Below are positions 10,436 through 20,886 of a stretch of DNA of 32,000 nt, piece by piece (within the stretch, counting starts at the first letter, position 1; each line of letters opens with the position of its first letter). Source of the DNA: Wolbachia endosymbiont of Drosophila innubila. GTDB lineage: Bacteria; Pseudomonadota; Alphaproteobacteria; Rickettsiales; Anaplasmataceae. The stretch covers positions 1,230,001-1,262,000 of the forward strand of contig NZ_CP076228.1 in the NCBI RefSeq assembly GCF_021378375.1, given 5' to 3'. A model generated the notes under the pieces. That model did no database searches and was not told the origin of the DNA. It was given only the letters and a program-made list of their open reading frames with translations. The position numbers and the translations under genes were made by a program.

Positions 10436-13201
10436 ATGTTTGGTTCCAATTTTAGAGACTTTGTATCACAGGATACAACTTCACAGGGCCAATCAAATTC
10501 TGAAAGATTAATCAAAAGTTGGCATGGTTTTGAAAAACCAGATTCTGAAGATTCAGGTATTGAAGAAGAGTTTGAAGTTTTAGATAGCGAAAGTCAAGAG
10601 ATACCAGCTACTCCATGTAGCACACCCTCTGAAGATCTAAGTTTAGAGAATGCAATACTTGCAAACTTTCCTGATGGTTGTGATAGGTCGTTTACCGTAG
10701 AATCAAAAGATGAAGGTTCATTTGATATCATTCCTAAAAGTTTAACTTTCGCTGAAATAACAAATATCCTAAATCAAGCTATACAAGAAGATAATTGTGA
10801 AGAACTAGACAAGGTTGTACAAAATATTGAAGATTATGAAGGCAGGTCTATTACGCTGGATAATGTAAATTTAAAGAGTTTTTGTGAGCAACAACTTAAC
10901 TTAGATTTACAAGATAGAAGCGATCATCAACATATATACTCAAATGTACTATCACAGTATAAATTTGATCAGGAGAATTTTGAGTGTGATTATTCAGTAA
11001 AAGAATTGGTATTATTGGCAATTGCAGCTAATGACAAGCTAGTAGAGCAATATCAGGATTTTCTTTTTGCTGAAGAAAATTTAAGTCTTTTACCTGTACT
11101 TGTTGGTGGTCAAAAATATATTGAAGCTTTTATAGAAAAATTCCATGGTACTGATGGAGTTTATGGAAGATTAAAAGGTCAAGCTATACAACTTGTCGAA
11201 CCTAATAAGATTGACTTTTTCTCAGTTATAGCACTAAGAAAAGAGCAAGAATTACTAGAGACAGTTTTTGTCGAATACGTTTTAAGAGATTTTGGACAGG
11301 TGTTAAAAACAAGTAAACCTAATCCTTTGTATGGTGCGCTTGAAACAGCATCTCTGATCAAAAATGAAGAATTCATCACGATAGTGCTAGATGTATTTGA
11401 AAGATATATTAATGAGCTAACTAAAAAAGCCTCAACAGAAGAGTTATTAAAAAAGAGCTTTGCTACCTTGTTAGAAACTGCGATAAGCCAGGAACACACA
11501 TCTGTCATTGAATACCTGTGCAAACGATACACTAATAGTGCAGATCGTGCCATTTACGATGTATATGAACAAGCATTTGCAGATGATAAAGTTATTACAA
11601 TACTAAGGCAACAAATCCTGAAAAACATAGGAGCTCGTGGCAGAAAAGAAATTTATGATTTAATTCTGAAAACTGCATTGGATGCTGGTAATATTGCATT
11701 TATCGAGCACTTGTGTGAAAAATGTGCTAAATGCAGCAATGATGTTATTAATTATCTTAATCATAAATCTAAAAACAACGAGTTCGATGAAATATATGAA
11801 TCAATTCTGATTGCATTGTCTAATACTGAAAGTCAAGAGATTATAGTCAGTGTTCTAGCTCATGTTCAAATTTATCAAAGCATACTCAATAATAAACAGC
11901 AAGTAGTCAGGCAAACCATACAAAATATACTGAGAAATGCAATAAAAGAAGCTAGTTATGGAGTTGTTGTACCCTTATATCAGCATGTTGACCTAAAATT
12001 CGCAGCTCTTCAGGCAATATGCAAGGAAGAATTTGAGAAAGCTTTACCAGTAATTGCAGAACAGCTTGAAAAAATAAGTATGGAACTTTCTTCAAGTATG
12101 ACTCGTAATGAGTATCAAAAAAATAGAGATACTTTGAGTCATCTATATCTAATTAGACATTTGTTAGAAAGTAGTAAATTAATCAATACTTCCAGTAAAG
12201 CAAATATACAGACACAAGCGAATACACAAGTTAATAAAAGAAGCAGCAGTGATAATGCAGTATCACCTGTTATAAAAGGCGATACGGCTGTAGTAAATGA
12301 AGAGAATAACAATCAACCAAGCAGTCAAAGAAACCCAAAATCCAAAAGTGCTGGCAGTCAACAGACAGAAAAAAATGTTCTTGCAGGGGAGGAAGAAAAT
12401 GCTATCTTAAATAACACAGGGGTTTCAACGCAGGAGCCTTTAATTAATAATTTTGAGGAAGGTGAAATCAAAAAAGGCAGCGGAAAAAAAGGTGTTAAGC
12501 AACTTGCCAGTCCTGTTAAGAAAAAGATTGATGGACTTATAAGCAAAACCAGTACTAACTCAAGAGAAGAACTCGAAAATATTCTAAAAAGTAACTCTCC
12601 TACTCTTGTACTACAATATGTAAAAAATAAAGACGGTCCCTTTAAGGGTAAAGTAGAAGAAATTAAAAAAGAAATTAAAAACCATAATACAAAACAAGGT
12701 AATGTTAATATTTCACTGAACAACGATTTGCCAAATTCAGGAGACCAATCTACAAGTTCTAATAATACCGGAAGCAATAGTACACTTACCACAACTCCAG
12801 AAATTACGGGTTGTGAAAAGAAGTTGGGGGTAAGTGAAGTTTCTTCGAATGCTGACAATGTGTCTACAATTGGAGGTGTTATTAACAGTAAGGAAAAGCC
12901 TGCAGCAGTAGAAAAAACTAGTGCTATAAACAATCAATCAACCTCTATTACTGCAACACAAAATACGCAAAAGAGTAAGTGGCCTACCATAGCTACATGG
13001 ACGTTAGCAGTAGCTGGAGTTGTTTCAGGAGTAGCTATTGCAGTTTATTTGGAAATGCTAGCTGCAGGAATAGCAGTTGGAGCTTGTTGTCTGGTTGCCG
13101 CTGCAATTATATACTGCTGTACACCTAAAAGCCAAGTTGAAAACAACAAGGTTGACAAACCTTTCAACACGGGGAAAGTACCTACTGCCGTACATGTATA
13201 A
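10436..13201 (+). CDS. Large hypothetical protein with helix-rich N-terminal two-thirds, low-complexity linker and C-terminal transmembrane segments
   Basis: Continuous 921-codon ORF after an aggagg-like RBS. C-terminus WPTIATWTLAVAGVVSGVAIAVYLEMLAAGIAVGACCLVAAAIIYCC is strongly hydrophobic. Confidence 0.8.
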   Translation: MFGSNFRDFVSQDTTSQGQSNSERLIKSWHGFEKPDSEDSGIEEEFEVLDSESQEIPATPCSTPSEDLSLENAILANFPDGCDRSFTVESKDEGSFDIIPKSLTFAEITNILNQAIQEDNCEELDKVVQNIEDYEGRSITLDNVNLKSFCEQQLNLDLQDRSDHQHIYSNVLSQYKFDQENFECDYSVKELVLLAIAANDKLVEQYQDFLFAEENLSLLPVLVGGQKYIEAFIEKFHGTDGVYGRLKGQAIQLVEPNKIDFFSVIALRKEQELLETVFVEYVLRDFGQVLKTSKPNPLYGALETASLIKNEEFITIVLDVFERYINELTKKASTEELLKKSFATLLETAISQEHTSVIEYLCKRYTNSADRAIYDVYEQAFADDKVITILRQQILKNIGARGRKEIYDLILKTALDAGNIAFIEHLCEKCAKCSNDVINYLNHKSKNNEFDEIYESILIALSNTESQEIIVSVLAHVQIYQSILNNKQQVVRQTIQNILRNAIKEASYGVVVPLYQHVDLKFAALQAICKEEFEKALPVIAEQLEKISMELSSSMTRNEYQKNRDTLSHLYLIRHLLESSKLINTSSKANIQTQANTQVNKRSSSDNAVSPVIKGDTAVVNEENNNQPSSQRNPKSKSAGSQQTEKNVLAGEEENAILNNTGVSTQEPLINNFEEGEIKKGSGKKGVKQLASPVKKKIDGLISKTSTNSREELENILKSNSPTLVLQYVKNKDGPFKGKVEEIKKEIKNHNTKQGNVNISLNNDLPNSGDQSTSSNNTGSNSTLTTTPEITGCEKKLGVSEVSSNADNVSTIGGVINSKEKPAAVEKTSAINNQSTSITATQNTQKSKWPTIATWTLAVAGVVSGVAIAVYLEMLAAGIAVGACCLVAAAIIYCCTPKSQVENNKVDKPFNTGKVPTAVHV

Positions 13202-13265
13202 TAAATATAGTAGTTTACCATTTAATAATTTATTATAATTATGTTAATTATCGGTAAATAAGGAC

Positions 13266-14474
13266 TTGGTAAACTACGAAGAAATATTCTTGAATAAAAT
13301 AAAAGATATAAAAGATGAGGGGCGCTACCGTGAATTTACGCACTTTGCGTCATTACCAGGTAGGCTCCCCCACATTATGGACTATGAAAGAAATAGGGAA
13401 GTAATAGTCTGGTGCAGTAATAACTATTTGGGAATGTCACAAAATGAGAGTGTAATTGCCGCTATCCAAAATTCATCTGTTGGTGCTGGAGGAACAAGAA
13501 ATATATCTGGTACAACAAAAGAGGTTGTTGAACTTGAAAAATCCTTAGCTTGTTTGCATAAAAAAGAGGCTGCTTTAACTTTTGCTTGTGGCTACCTCGC
13601 TAACCAGACAACACTTAGCACTTTATCGTCTGTTATTCCGGGCGTAGTAATTTTTTCAGACGAGAAGAACCATTCTTCGATGATAGAAGGCATAAAATCA
13701 GGAAAAAGGCCAAAACATATATTTAAACACAATGATGTTAATCATCTAGAGCAGTTACTCAAGTCTATAGACAAAAAGACACCAAAAATAATAGCACTTG
13801 AATCCGTATATTCAATGGATGGTGATGTAGCTCCGCTTAAAGAAATATGCGACCTGGCAGATCAACATAATGCAATTACCTATTTGGATGAGGTGCACGC
13901 AGTTGGCATGTATGGTTCACATGGTGGCGGAATTGCAGAAAGAGAAGGTCTGATGGATAGAATAACCGTTATTCAAGGTACACTATCAAAGGCTTTTGGA
14001 GTGATGGGTGGGTATATAGCGTCTTCAAAGAGCTTGGTAGATGTAATAAGAAGTTCCGCTCCAGGATTTATTTTTACCACTGCTATGTCGCCTGTTTTAG
14101 CAGCGGCAGCAAAGGCAAGCGTTGAGCACCTAAAATCGGGCAACATTGAAAGGGAAAAGCAAAAGCAAGTCGTTGAAAAAGTAAAAAACTCACTGAGAAA
14201 TGCAGGAATTAACTTCATTCCAACAGAAACTCATATAATTCCAATAATAATTGGCAACTCAGAGTTATCCAAAAAAGCATCAAAATTATTATTTGATGAG
14301 TATGGAATATATGTTCAACATATAAATTACCCGACAGTTCCAAGAGGAACTGAGCGTTTCCGTATTACCCCTACACCTTATCATACCGATGAAATGATAG
14401 AGCATTTAACAGAATCTCTTGTAAAAGTTTTCGAAAAGTTGTCTATCTCTGTAGCCTGTTTATGCTATAGCTAG
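13266..14474 (+). CDS. hemA: 5-aminolevulinate synthase
   Basis: [54 protein letters not shown] and [15 protein letters not shown] motifs. TTG start preceded by aagga. Confidence 0.95.
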   Translation: MVNYEEIFLNKIKDIKDEGRYREFTHFASLPGRLPHIMDYERNREVIVWCSNNYLGMSQNESVIAAIQNSSVGAGGTRNISGTTKEVVELEKSLACLHKKEAALTFACGYLANQTTLSTLSSVIPGVVIFSDEKNHSSMIEGIKSGKRPKHIFKHNDVNHLEQLLKSIDKKTPKIIALESVYSMDGDVAPLKEICDLADQHNAITYLDEVHAVGMYGSHGGGIAEREGLMDRITVIQGTLSKAFGVMGGYIASSKSLVDVIRSSAPGFIFTTAMSPVLAAAAKASVEHLKSGNIEREKQKQVVEKVKNSLRNAGINFIPTETHIIPIIIGNSELSKKASKLLFDEYGIYVQHINYPTVPRGTERFRITPTPYHTDEMIEHLTESLVKVFEKLSISVACLCYS

Positions 14475-14598
14475 TACAGCCCTACGTCATACCGCGATTT
14501 ATTCGCGGTATCTCAGCATGGATTCCGCTAACAAATAGCGGAATGACGAGTTTTACGCTTATCAAATTGTAGGTAAACATAAATTACTTTAGCTATAG
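14465..14598. repeat. Small palindromic element with 9-bp terminal inverted repeats (ctatagcta ... tagctatag)
   Basis: Exact 9-bp TIRs at 14465-14473 and 14590-14598. Internal dyads ataccgcg-atttatt-cgcggtat and ttccgcta-acaaa-tagcggaa. Confidence 0.75.
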
Positions 14599-15288
14599 TT
14601 TTATATCTCCAGCAATGATTAGCCCGTTGTCTTCCGTTAGCCTTCCACCGCTTTCTTGCAGAAAAAGTCTACCGAGCAAGGCTTTATATTTGTTAACTCC
14701 AGAGTAAATTATTCCACTGTGCCTTCCTGCCGCAAGGTATGCAAAGCCTAAAATTGTTGAACCTATGGAGCGTACATTACTATTGCCAGGCAGCAATTTA
14801 TTTAACAAATTACCACTTACATCTATTAGACCCCCTTCACGGCTTTTCACTCGCATTTTTACATGACGAGATCTAAAATCCTCAAGAAAAGCACCTTTCT
14901 TTTCTTCTGCCCAAAAAGTTTCTCTAAGAGCCGGAGCATCAATTACAGCTGCCACAACTTTATTTTTATGAATGAGACAGACTGATACTGCAAAATAAAC
15001 CATGCAACTAGAAAAGTTCTCCCTGCCCTCTATAGGCATAATAAACCAGGTATAAGTGTTATCTTTTACTTCTTGATCAGTATCATCTTCAAAAATAAAA
15101 CCATAGTCTCGTTTGTAGTCGTGCAAGCAATCGTATATGGTTTGCTTGGATTTTGAATAAGTTTTATTAATAAAGTCTGCTGATTTAACATTAGAAATTT
15201 GCAATTCATTAAAATCGCGCATAAGCTGCTTGGAAGCATTACGCACAGAATCAAGCATCACATTAATTCGTGGTGATGAGAGGGACAT
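14593..15288 (-). CDS. suhB: Inositol monophosphatase / SuhB-family protein with degenerate active-site motifs
   Basis: Overall SuhB-like layout (YFAVSVCLIHKNKVVAAVIDAPALRETFWAEEKKGAFL; SIGSTILGFAYLAAGRHSGI; LFLQESGG), with WFIMPIEGRENF where WxIDPxDGTxNF is expected. Confidence 0.75.
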   Translation of the reverse strand: MSLSSPRINVMLDSVRNASKQLMRDFNELQISNVKSADFINKTYSKSKQTIYDCLHDYKRDYGFIFEDDTDQEVKDNTYTWFIMPIEGRENFSSCMVYFAVSVCLIHKNKVVAAVIDAPALRETFWAEEKKGAFLEDFRSRHVKMRVKSREGGLIDVSGNLLNKLLPGNSNVRSIGSTILGFAYLAAGRHSGIIYSGVNKYKALLGRLFLQESGGRLTEDNGLIIAGDIKL

Positions 15289-15296
15289 TCTTCCTT

Positions 15297-15863
15297 TTAC
15301 TCTTTCACTCTTTCATAATAGCTGTCACCTGGAGTATATACTACAATTTTATCCTCTTCTTTTATAAATTGAGGCACGTTAACGCGCATTCCGTTTTCCA
15401 AAATTGCAGGCTTATAAGAAGCAGTAGCAGTTTGTCCTTTAATAACAGACTCTGTTTCTTTCACAGCAAGTGTAACATAATCAGGCACATGCGCAGAAAT
15501 TATTTTGTCTTGATAAGCTACAACTTTAATTTTCATGTTATCCTGTAAATAAATTTTTTTTTCTCCCAATAAGTCCAAATTTATAGTGATTTGCTCGTAA
15601 TTACTTGGATGCATAAGATTTACAATGTTTCCTTCAGTGAAAAGGTAAACATATTCCTCTTCATCTAAAATTGCCCTTCTGATTGTTGCATCAGAACGAA
15701 ATCTTTCATAGTGTTTTGCTCCGGTTTTGATGTTTTTCATTTCGGCTTGTATGTATGCACCACCTTTACCAGGTTGAGTATGCATAATACCTACAACCAA
15801 AAATAATCCGCCGTTATGTTCCAACACCTGACCTGGTCTGATATCGTTAGCTCTTTCTGCCAT
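15297..15863 (-). CDS. efp: Elongation factor P
   Basis: ANDIRPGQVLEHNGGLFLVVGIMHTQPGKGGAYIQAEMKNIKTG and C-terminal TPGDSYYERV. Confidence 0.96.
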   Translation of the reverse strand: MAERANDIRPGQVLEHNGGLFLVVGIMHTQPGKGGAYIQAEMKNIKTGAKHYERFRSDATIRRAILDEEEYVYLFTEGNIVNLMHPSNYEQITINLDLLGEKKIYLQDNMKIKVVAYQDKIISAHVPDYVTLAVKETESVIKGQTATASYKPAILENGMRVNVPQFIKEEDKIVVYTPGDSYYERVKE

Positions 15864-15925
15864 AATTACATTTTCAATTTGATCTTATAATTATAAATAG
15901 CTTTATATAAATATCAAAGTCTTTA

Positions 15926-16432
15926 TTAGTCAATAAATTCTGGTATATTTAATACTATATACCTCCCCTTTATATTTATATGTGGAAATATCTCTTTAGT
16001 GAAAGACAGCATAATACGTTTTTTTGTGTTGATAACTAAAATTTCTAATATATCCCCTGAGCCGAAATTATACACAGATTTTACATAGCCATATAATTCA
16101 TTACTTTTCAGCCTTACTTCCATATCTACAAGGTCACTTTGGTAAAATTCATCCTCATCATTTAGCTCTGGTAACTTGCTTCTTTCTATATATAGCTTCT
16201 TATTCCTTAAAAGCTCTGCTTCATTACGGGAATTTACTCCGCTTATTGTAGCTATTACTAAATTATCACCTATGACGGATACTGAGTCTATTTTATAATT
16301 CTCATCACCACTTATTAGCTTACCATATAAGGAGATATTTTCAGGCTTTTCAGTAAAGGTTTTTACTTTAACAGCTCCTTTAATTCCGTGAGGAGAGGTA
16401 ATAATTCCTAAGCATACCAGATTGTCGTTCAT
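15926..16432 (-). CDS. rimM: 16S rRNA processing protein RimM
   Basis: [26 protein letters not shown] and [10 protein letters not shown]; PRC-barrel-like C-terminus. Confidence 0.92.
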   Translation of the reverse strand: MNDNLVCLGIITSPHGIKGAVKVKTFTEKPENISLYGKLISGDENYKIDSVSVIGDNLVIATISGVNSRNEAELLRNKKLYIERSKLPELNDEDEFYQSDLVDMEVRLKSNELYGYVKSVYNFGSGDILEILVINTKKRIMLSFTKEIFPHINIKGRYIVLNIPEFID

Positions 16433-16446
16433 ATTAATGCAAGTAT

Positions 16447-17622
16447 CTAATCAGAAGATTTCTCAGATAAATATTGAGTCAAAATCTCGATGCCTTCATC
16501 AATCTCTTTTTCAGTGATAATGAGTGGAGGTAAAATTCTCACAACGTTATCTGATGTTACCCCAGCAGTAAGCAAGCCGCGATGACTTAACTCTTCTGCA
16601 AACTTTTGATTGTCTGCTTTCACTTTTATTCCAAGCATTAACCCTTTCCCTCTTACTTCCTCTATTATTGGAAATTTACTTGCTAAGTCTTCTAGTTTAT
16701 TTTTTAAGTATCTACCTCTAATTTCAACATTTTTCAAAAAGCCGGGGCTGAGCAATTCTTCGAGCACAGCATTACCTACTGAGGTTGCAAGCGGATTGCC
16801 ACCAAAAGTGGAACCGTGCATACCGACCGCCATATATTTAGCAGCATTTTCAGTTGCAAGACAAGCCCCCAGCGGAAACCCCCCGCCTATTCCCTTTGCA
16901 AGAGCACATATATCAGGTTCCACTCCTATATGTTCGTATGCGAATAATTTTCCTGTCCTACCAGCACCGCATTGTACGCAATCAAAAAATAACAATATGT
17001 CATTTTCATCACACAGCCTTCTTAGTTCTTTCATAAAGACTTCATTCATTACTTTGATACCACCTTGCCCTTGTATTGGTTCTATTAATATAACGCCTAT
17101 ACCACTTGAAATTGCTTTCTTTACGCTCTCAATATTGGGCTCGATGTTATCACACCAATCAATGTAGGGATTTAGTAATTCAGAAAATTTCTGTTTATCG
17201 TTTGTAGCACAAGTTAAAAAGGTTCTTCCATGAAATGCACCATGAAATGTTAAAATTCTGTGACGATTTTTATTGCCTTTTCCATTTTGATAGATCTTAG
17301 CAATCTTAAGTCCACATTCTACTGCCTCTGATCCAGAATTTGAGAAAAATACAGTGTCAGCGAAACTATTGTTTATTAATTTTTCTGCAAAATTATTGGC
17401 AGCAGGTATATTATAGGTATTTGATATATGCCATAATTTTTCTCCTTGCAATTTAAGAGCACTAATTAATCGCGAATTAGTGTGACCTAAGCTACTAACG
17501 GCTATTCCGGAGTGAAAATCTACGTAGCGCTCACCATCAACATCATATAGGTAGATACCTTTGCCATGAGAAAAATTTATATTAACAGGAGAATAAACTG
17601 GCAAAATAGGAGAAATTGTCAT
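16447..17622 (-). CDS. argD: Acetylornithine/succinyldiaminopimelate-type aminotransferase
   Basis: [62 protein letters not shown] and [30 protein letters not shown]. Confidence 0.93.
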   Translation of the reverse strand: MTISPILPVYSPVNINFSHGKGIYLYDVDGERYVDFHSGIAVSSLGHTNSRLISALKLQGEKLWHISNTYNIPAANNFAEKLINNSFADTVFFSNSGSEAVECGLKIAKIYQNGKGNKNRHRILTFHGAFHGRTFLTCATNDKQKFSELLNPYIDWCDNIEPNIESVKKAISSGIGVILIEPIQGQGGIKVMNEVFMKELRRLCDENDILLFFDCVQCGAGRTGKLFAYEHIGVEPDICALAKGIGGGFPLGACLATENAAKYMAVGMHGSTFGGNPLATSVGNAVLEELLSPGFLKNVEIRGRYLKNKLEDLASKFPIIEEVRGKGLMLGIKVKADNQKFAEELSHRGLLTAGVTSDNVVRILPPLIITEKEIDEGIEILTQYLSEKSSD

Positions 17623-17666
17623 AAAATATTATATGCTAAATTTTATTATTAATAACATAAAAACCG

Positions 17667-19115
17667 TTGTTTCACAATAAGAAGGATATGTATAAGCTAG
17701 GTAAATTGATGTTTTCTGCGTTGAAGAAAAACAAATACACAAAAGTTATTGTATTACTCTCATCGATCTTTATGATTTTATTCAGTGTGATATATTGTAA
17801 TCATTTACTAAGGAGTAATTTCCTTTCTTCTTACCGTGATTCAAGTGTAAACTTAAAAAGCGTACTGGAAAATGGCATAATAAAAAAATACCATTATTTA
17901 CTAATAGAAAAGCATCACATTAAATACAAAAATTTTGACTACATAAACCAATTAGTAAAACTACGTGCTGAATTATTACAATCAGTGAGCAAAGTAAAGG
18001 ATTTCAGCTTAATACTGTATGATCAAAACGGCAGAATAATATTCAGTAATTTTAACACTCAAGATTATGATTATGAACAGTTACTTACAAACGATGAAAT
18101 TGATAAACTATTAAGTAACCAAGAAATATTTTATACTACAGGAAATACATTAACTTCTATTTTCCCTATATTCCATGAAAATAGCGTTAAACCGTCGTTT
18201 TTTTTGAAGATTCTTCGAAACTACAATAATTCTTATGTTATAGCATATGGCCTGTTTTTAACATTTTTGGGCCTATTATTAATAATCTTAATATTAATAA
18301 TGTTCTATTTGCACTTTTCTAATACCCAAATGCTAGCCAAGCAACATAAAACTAACATTGAATTACAGCAGATAAAAGAGACATTAGAGCAAGAAAATGC
18401 AAACAAGCTAAAGTTTTTTGCAAGCGTTACACATGAATTACGCACACCTCTTAATGCTATTATTGGATTTGCAGAGTTGATCAAAAATGAAACTTTAGGT
18501 TCAATGGATAACTCTCAATACAAGGAGTATGCAGACGATATATATAATGCAGGGACACACTTACTTGCCTTAATTAATGATGTGTTAGATTTTTCAAAAG
18601 CTGAATCAAGTAGTTTAACAGTAGAAAAAGTGAAGTTTAACCTGAACAAAATAATAGATTCATGTGTAAATATGCTATTGCCTAAATTAAAAGAAGCCGG
18701 GATTAATTTAAAAAAAGAGATGACTAATAAACAATTATTAGTCATTGCAGATCCCAAGAGAATGAAACAAGTTATAATAAATTTATTATCAAACTCAATC
18801 AAGTTTACTCCCAAAGATGGTTTAATAAGAATGGTGATAAAAGAAAATATAGAAAAAAACTTATTAACTATTGAGTTTTATGACAATGGAATAGGAATAA
18901 TGCAGCAGGACATATATAAAGTTATGTCTGTTTTTGGCCAAGCAGATTCGGGGTATAGAAACGAAGGTACGGGCATCGGATTGCCGCTAAGCAAGAAATT
19001 AGTAGAGTTAATGGGTGGAACTTTTGACATTAAAAGTGAAGCAAAACTTGGTACTACGATAACATTGAACTTCTTTTATGAAGAACAAACATGTGAAGAT
19101 TTGATTGATTTTTAA
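17667..19115 (+). CDS. pleC: Membrane sensor histidine kinase, PleC-like
   Basis: Two N-terminal TM segments, H-box KLKFFASVTHELRTPLNAIIGFAELI, N-box VIINLLSNSIKFTP, G-boxes DNGIGI and GTGIGLPL. Confidence 0.85.
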   Translation: MFHNKKDMYKLGKLMFSALKKNKYTKVIVLLSSIFMILFSVIYCNHLLRSNFLSSYRDSSVNLKSVLENGIIKKYHYLLIEKHHIKYKNFDYINQLVKLRAELLQSVSKVKDFSLILYDQNGRIIFSNFNTQDYDYEQLLTNDEIDKLLSNQEIFYTTGNTLTSIFPIFHENSVKPSFFLKILRNYNNSYVIAYGLFLTFLGLLLIILILIMFYLHFSNTQMLAKQHKTNIELQQIKETLEQENANKLKFFASVTHELRTPLNAIIGFAELIKNETLGSMDNSQYKEYADDIYNAGTHLLALINDVLDFSKAESSSLTVEKVKFNLNKIIDSCVNMLLPKLKEAGINLKKEMTNKQLLVIADPKRMKQVIINLLSNSIKFTPKDGLIRMVIKENIEKNLLTIEFYDNGIGIMQQDIYKVMSVFGQADSGYRNEGTGIGLPLSKKLVELMGGTFDIKSEAKLGTTITLNFFYEEQTCEDLIDF

Positions 19116-19277
19116 TAAGATCTATTTGATATGGCCTTACATCAGACGAAAACCACACTTTATCAAGAGCGGCAAGCCGAGAAGGTAGGCAGAAATTCAT
19201 CAATAAGCCCCCATCAAGAATCTTATCTGTTAGCTATATATAAAATTTGATACTCTGACTACAATATACTACTATAG

Positions 19278-19772
19278 ATGGAAGTGTTATTAATGGAGCA
19301 AGGTATGGAATTAGCAGTAGGAAATAATGCACCCGATTTTAGCTTGCCAGCAGATTCTGGTGAAAATTTATCACTGAGTGAATTTTTTGATAAAAAAAAT
19401 GTAGTTCTTTATTTTTATCCTAAAGACGATACTCCGGGTTGTACAATGGAGGCAAAAGGCTTTAGAGATAAAATAGATGATTTTTCTTTCCTTGACACAG
19501 TGATAATTGGTGTATCAAAAGATAGTGTTAAGTGTCACACTAACTTCAAAGCAAAATATTCTCTGCCGTTTTCTTTAGTTTCTGATGAGAATGCTGAAAT
19601 GTTGGGAAAATATGGTGTTTGGGTAGAGAAAAGTATGTTTGGCAAAAAGTATATGGGAATAGAACGCACTACTTTTTTAATAGATAAAAAAGGTAAAATA
19701 GTGAAGATCTGGAAAAATGTAAAAGTTAGTGGACATGTTGATGAGGTTCTGGAAGAAGTAAAGAGAATATAA
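19278..19772 (+). CDS. bcp: Thiol peroxidase / peroxiredoxin, Bcp family
   Basis: NVVLYFYPKDDTPGCTMEAKGFRD and GIERTTFLIDKKGKI. True start may be the internal ATG at about 19293. Confidence 0.92.
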   Translation: MEVLLMEQGMELAVGNNAPDFSLPADSGENLSLSEFFDKKNVVLYFYPKDDTPGCTMEAKGFRDKIDDFSFLDTVIIGVSKDSVKCHTNFKAKYSLPFSLVSDENAEMLGKYGVWVEKSMFGKKYMGIERTTFLIDKKGKIVKIWKNVKVSGHVDEVLEEVKRI

Positions 19773-19788
19773 ACTAAAGAATAGGTTA

Positions 19789-20886
19789 ATGGCTACCCAT
19801 TGCTACATAAAAAAGCTGAAATTACATAATTTTCGTAGCCACTCAAACTTTGAACTGGATTCAGATGATAGCTCAGTTGTAATAACTGGCAAAAACGGTA
19901 TTGGTAAAACTAATATACTTGAAGCAATCTCGTTGCTTGCTAAAAGCAATGGAATGAAAAAAGCAAAAGCCAGTGAGATACAAAATAGATTCAGTAATGA
20001 AGATTGGGTAGTGCACTATGATTTTTTTAATGGAATGGATTTTAATTCAATTGGTATCGCAAAGAGTTTTGATAAGAAACTAATACAAATTGATGGAAAA
20101 ACGCAATCGAGTTATTCATCTTTGTATAAGATATCCAATGTAATATGGCTGATTCCACAAATGGACTATGTTCTTCTTAATTCTCCAAGTGACAGATTAA
20201 AATTTTTAGACCGTATAGTCTCACTGTTTGAGGAAAATTACACTTGCTGCTACATGAAACACAGAAAAGCTAAACGTGAGCGAAGTAAACTGTTGAGAGA
20301 GAACACCTTGGACGAAAATTGGCTCTCTAGTCTTGAAAACATAATGGCCGTTAATGCAGTTAGTATTTTACGTATGCGATCGTCTGTTTTAAAGACACTA
20401 CAAGACACAATTGATAACCATTCCAGTGAGTTTTTTCCGAAGGCAAGTTTGAAATTCAGCAGCCAGCTAACTTTGGACGATACTGCAGAATATTTTCAGA
20501 ATCGTCTAAAGGAAAACAGAGAAAAAGATTCATTGACTGGTAGAGTAACCTTTGGTGTGCATAACGATAATTTTCGGGTTTTTTGTCAAAAAAGAAACGT
20601 ACCAATAAATCTGTGCTCCACTGGAGAACAAAAGTTATTACTGCTTTCTATTATTTTATCCAGTGTAAAAGCAAGGTGTATTCATTACAATAAGGCACCA
20701 CTTCTTCTACTTGATGATATAATGTCTCATCTGGATAAACATTACAGAAAGGCGTTAATGGAGGAAGTGTTAAGTATTCAATGTCAAACTTGGATAACTG
20801 ATGTAAATCAAGATAATTTCAATAGCTATCTTTATTCTTTCAAGTTTTTTGAATTATCAAATGAATTAAATGCAAAACTTCCTTGA
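19789..20886 (+). CDS. recF: DNA replication/repair protein RecF
   Basis: KLKLHNFRSHSNFEL, Walker A GKNGIGKTNILEAISLLA, signature LCSTGEQKLLLLSIIL and Walker B PLLLLDDIMSHLD. Confidence 0.95.
   Translation: MATHCYIKKLKLHNFRSHSNFELDSDDSSVVITGKNGIGKTNILEAISLLAKSNGMKKAKASEIQNRFSNEDWVVHYDFFNGMDFNSIGIAKSFDKKLIQIDGKTQSSYSSLYKISNVIWLIPQMDYVLLNSPSDRLKFLDRIVSLFEENYTCCYMKHRKAKRERSKLLRENTLDENWLSSLENIMAVNAVSILRMRSSVLKTLQDTIDNHSSEFFPKASLKFSSQLTLDDTAEYFQNRLKENREKDSLTGRVTFGVHNDNFRVFCQKRNVPINLCSTGEQKLLLLSIILSSVKARCIHYNKAPLLLLDDIMSHLDKHYRKALMEEVLSIQCQTWITDVNQDNFNSYLYSFKFFELSNELNAKLP

Noticed and set aside
12358-12933. 191-aa antisense ORF inside the 921-aa gene
   Set aside because: Antisense of a low-complexity Ser/Asn/Lys-rich coding region, which creates Leu/Phe/Ser-rich open frames; the plus-strand ORF is longer and has a clear RBS.
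16610-17167. 185-aa plus-strand ORF antisense to argD
   Set aside because: argD is strongly supported on the minus strand; no independent coding signal.
19116-19277. GC-richer intergenic stretch (agagcggcaagccgagaaggtaggc) considered as an ncRNA
   Set aside because: No convincing stem or terminator could be assigned without folding; insufficient support.
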